In this document: positions 63,766-64,000 of the stretch, in pieces | Layout of the letters: every line of letters begins with the position of its first letter | Numbering within the stretch: position 1 is the first letter of the stretch | Assembly (NCBI GenBank): GCA_963422735.1 | Contig: OY730476.1 | Location: 672,001-736,000, forward strand | Direction: 5' to 3' | Origin: Candidatus Latescibacterota bacterium | GTDB lineage: Bacteria; Latescibacterota; UBA2968; UBA8231 | Length of the DNA stretch: 64,000 nucleotides | Translations under genes and position numbers: made by a program | The notes under the pieces: generated by a model | What the model was told of the DNA's origin: nothing | What the model saw: the letters and a program-made list of their open reading frames with translations, nothing else | The model's database searches: none

Positions 63766-64000
63766 TTGAAGATCGCAGTGCTCGCCGATATTCACGCCAA
63801 TCTCGAAGCGCTAGAGGCCGTATTGATCGCCGCAGCTAACGCCGGGGCCGAGCGCATTATCTGCTTGGGGGACATCGTGGGGTACGGTCCCGATCCTTTG
63901 GGCTGTATCTATCGGCTCAAGGAGGTAGAGGCACAGATCGTGCTGGGCAACCACGACCAAGCTGTGCTGGAGCCGATGCACATCCAGTCTTTTAACCCGA
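63766..64000 (+). CDS. Calcineurin-like metallophosphoesterase, N-terminal part (runs off window)
   Basis: KIAVLADIHANLEAL, CLGDIVGYGPDP, LGNHD. Confidence 0.9.
   Translation, partial: MKIAVLADIHANLEALEAVLIAAANAGAERIICLGDIVGYGPDPLGCIYRLKEVEAQIVLGNHDQAVLEPMHIQSFNP

Noticed and set aside
399-63795. Numerous alternative-frame and antisense ORFs in the track (e.g. 399-581, 3627-4469, 8825-9601, 21532-22329, 44718-45536)
   Set aside because: They shadow well-supported genes, lack motifs and are expected in GC-rich DNA.
1-64000. TAG stop-codon reassignment, suggested by frequent CTAG/TAG
   Set aside because: Conserved genes are full length in the standard code and many end at TAG exactly where homologues end.
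1-64000. CRISPR array, prophage or transposase
   Set aside because: No regularly spaced repeats or cas, phage or transposase motifs were seen.

Overview
GC-rich bacterial chromosome segment, densely coding under the standard genetic code, with no phage, integrase, transposase or CRISPR array visible. The gene mix (DUF6785/OPT-like transporters, PorV/PorQ-like barrel, microcompartment genes, TatT-TRAP) suggests a Latescibacterota-like or other FCB/PVC-neighbour lineage; this is inference only. Housekeeping content: Moco accessory genes, orphan E2, ftsH, gdhA, cysC, pyrH-like, purB, mreBC, HU, three tRNAs, ychF, thrC/metB, prs-apt-prs. Main findings: (1) a translationally coupled three-gene envelope system at 18.1-27.8 kb (DUF6785/6784 membrane protein, degenerate M28/PA peptidase fused to an FtsX/MacB permease, OPT-like transporter carrying zinc-finger, FN3-like and PDZ inserts) with no ATPase; (2) a pspA-polyamine stress operon; (3) McrBC with a DUF1802-like reader domain; (4) two prs paralogues, one lacking catalytic residues; (5) a plant-like threonine synthase/cystathionine gamma-synthase pair; (6) a satellite microcompartment locus. 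Elements missing from the ORF track include a TonB-receptor/DUF4249 deletion scar, an 86-bp MITE-like element, bS22-like and DUF5989 small ORFs, and an exact 20-bp AT-rich repeat 17.7 kb apart. Family assignments come from motif recognition by eye, not from database searches.
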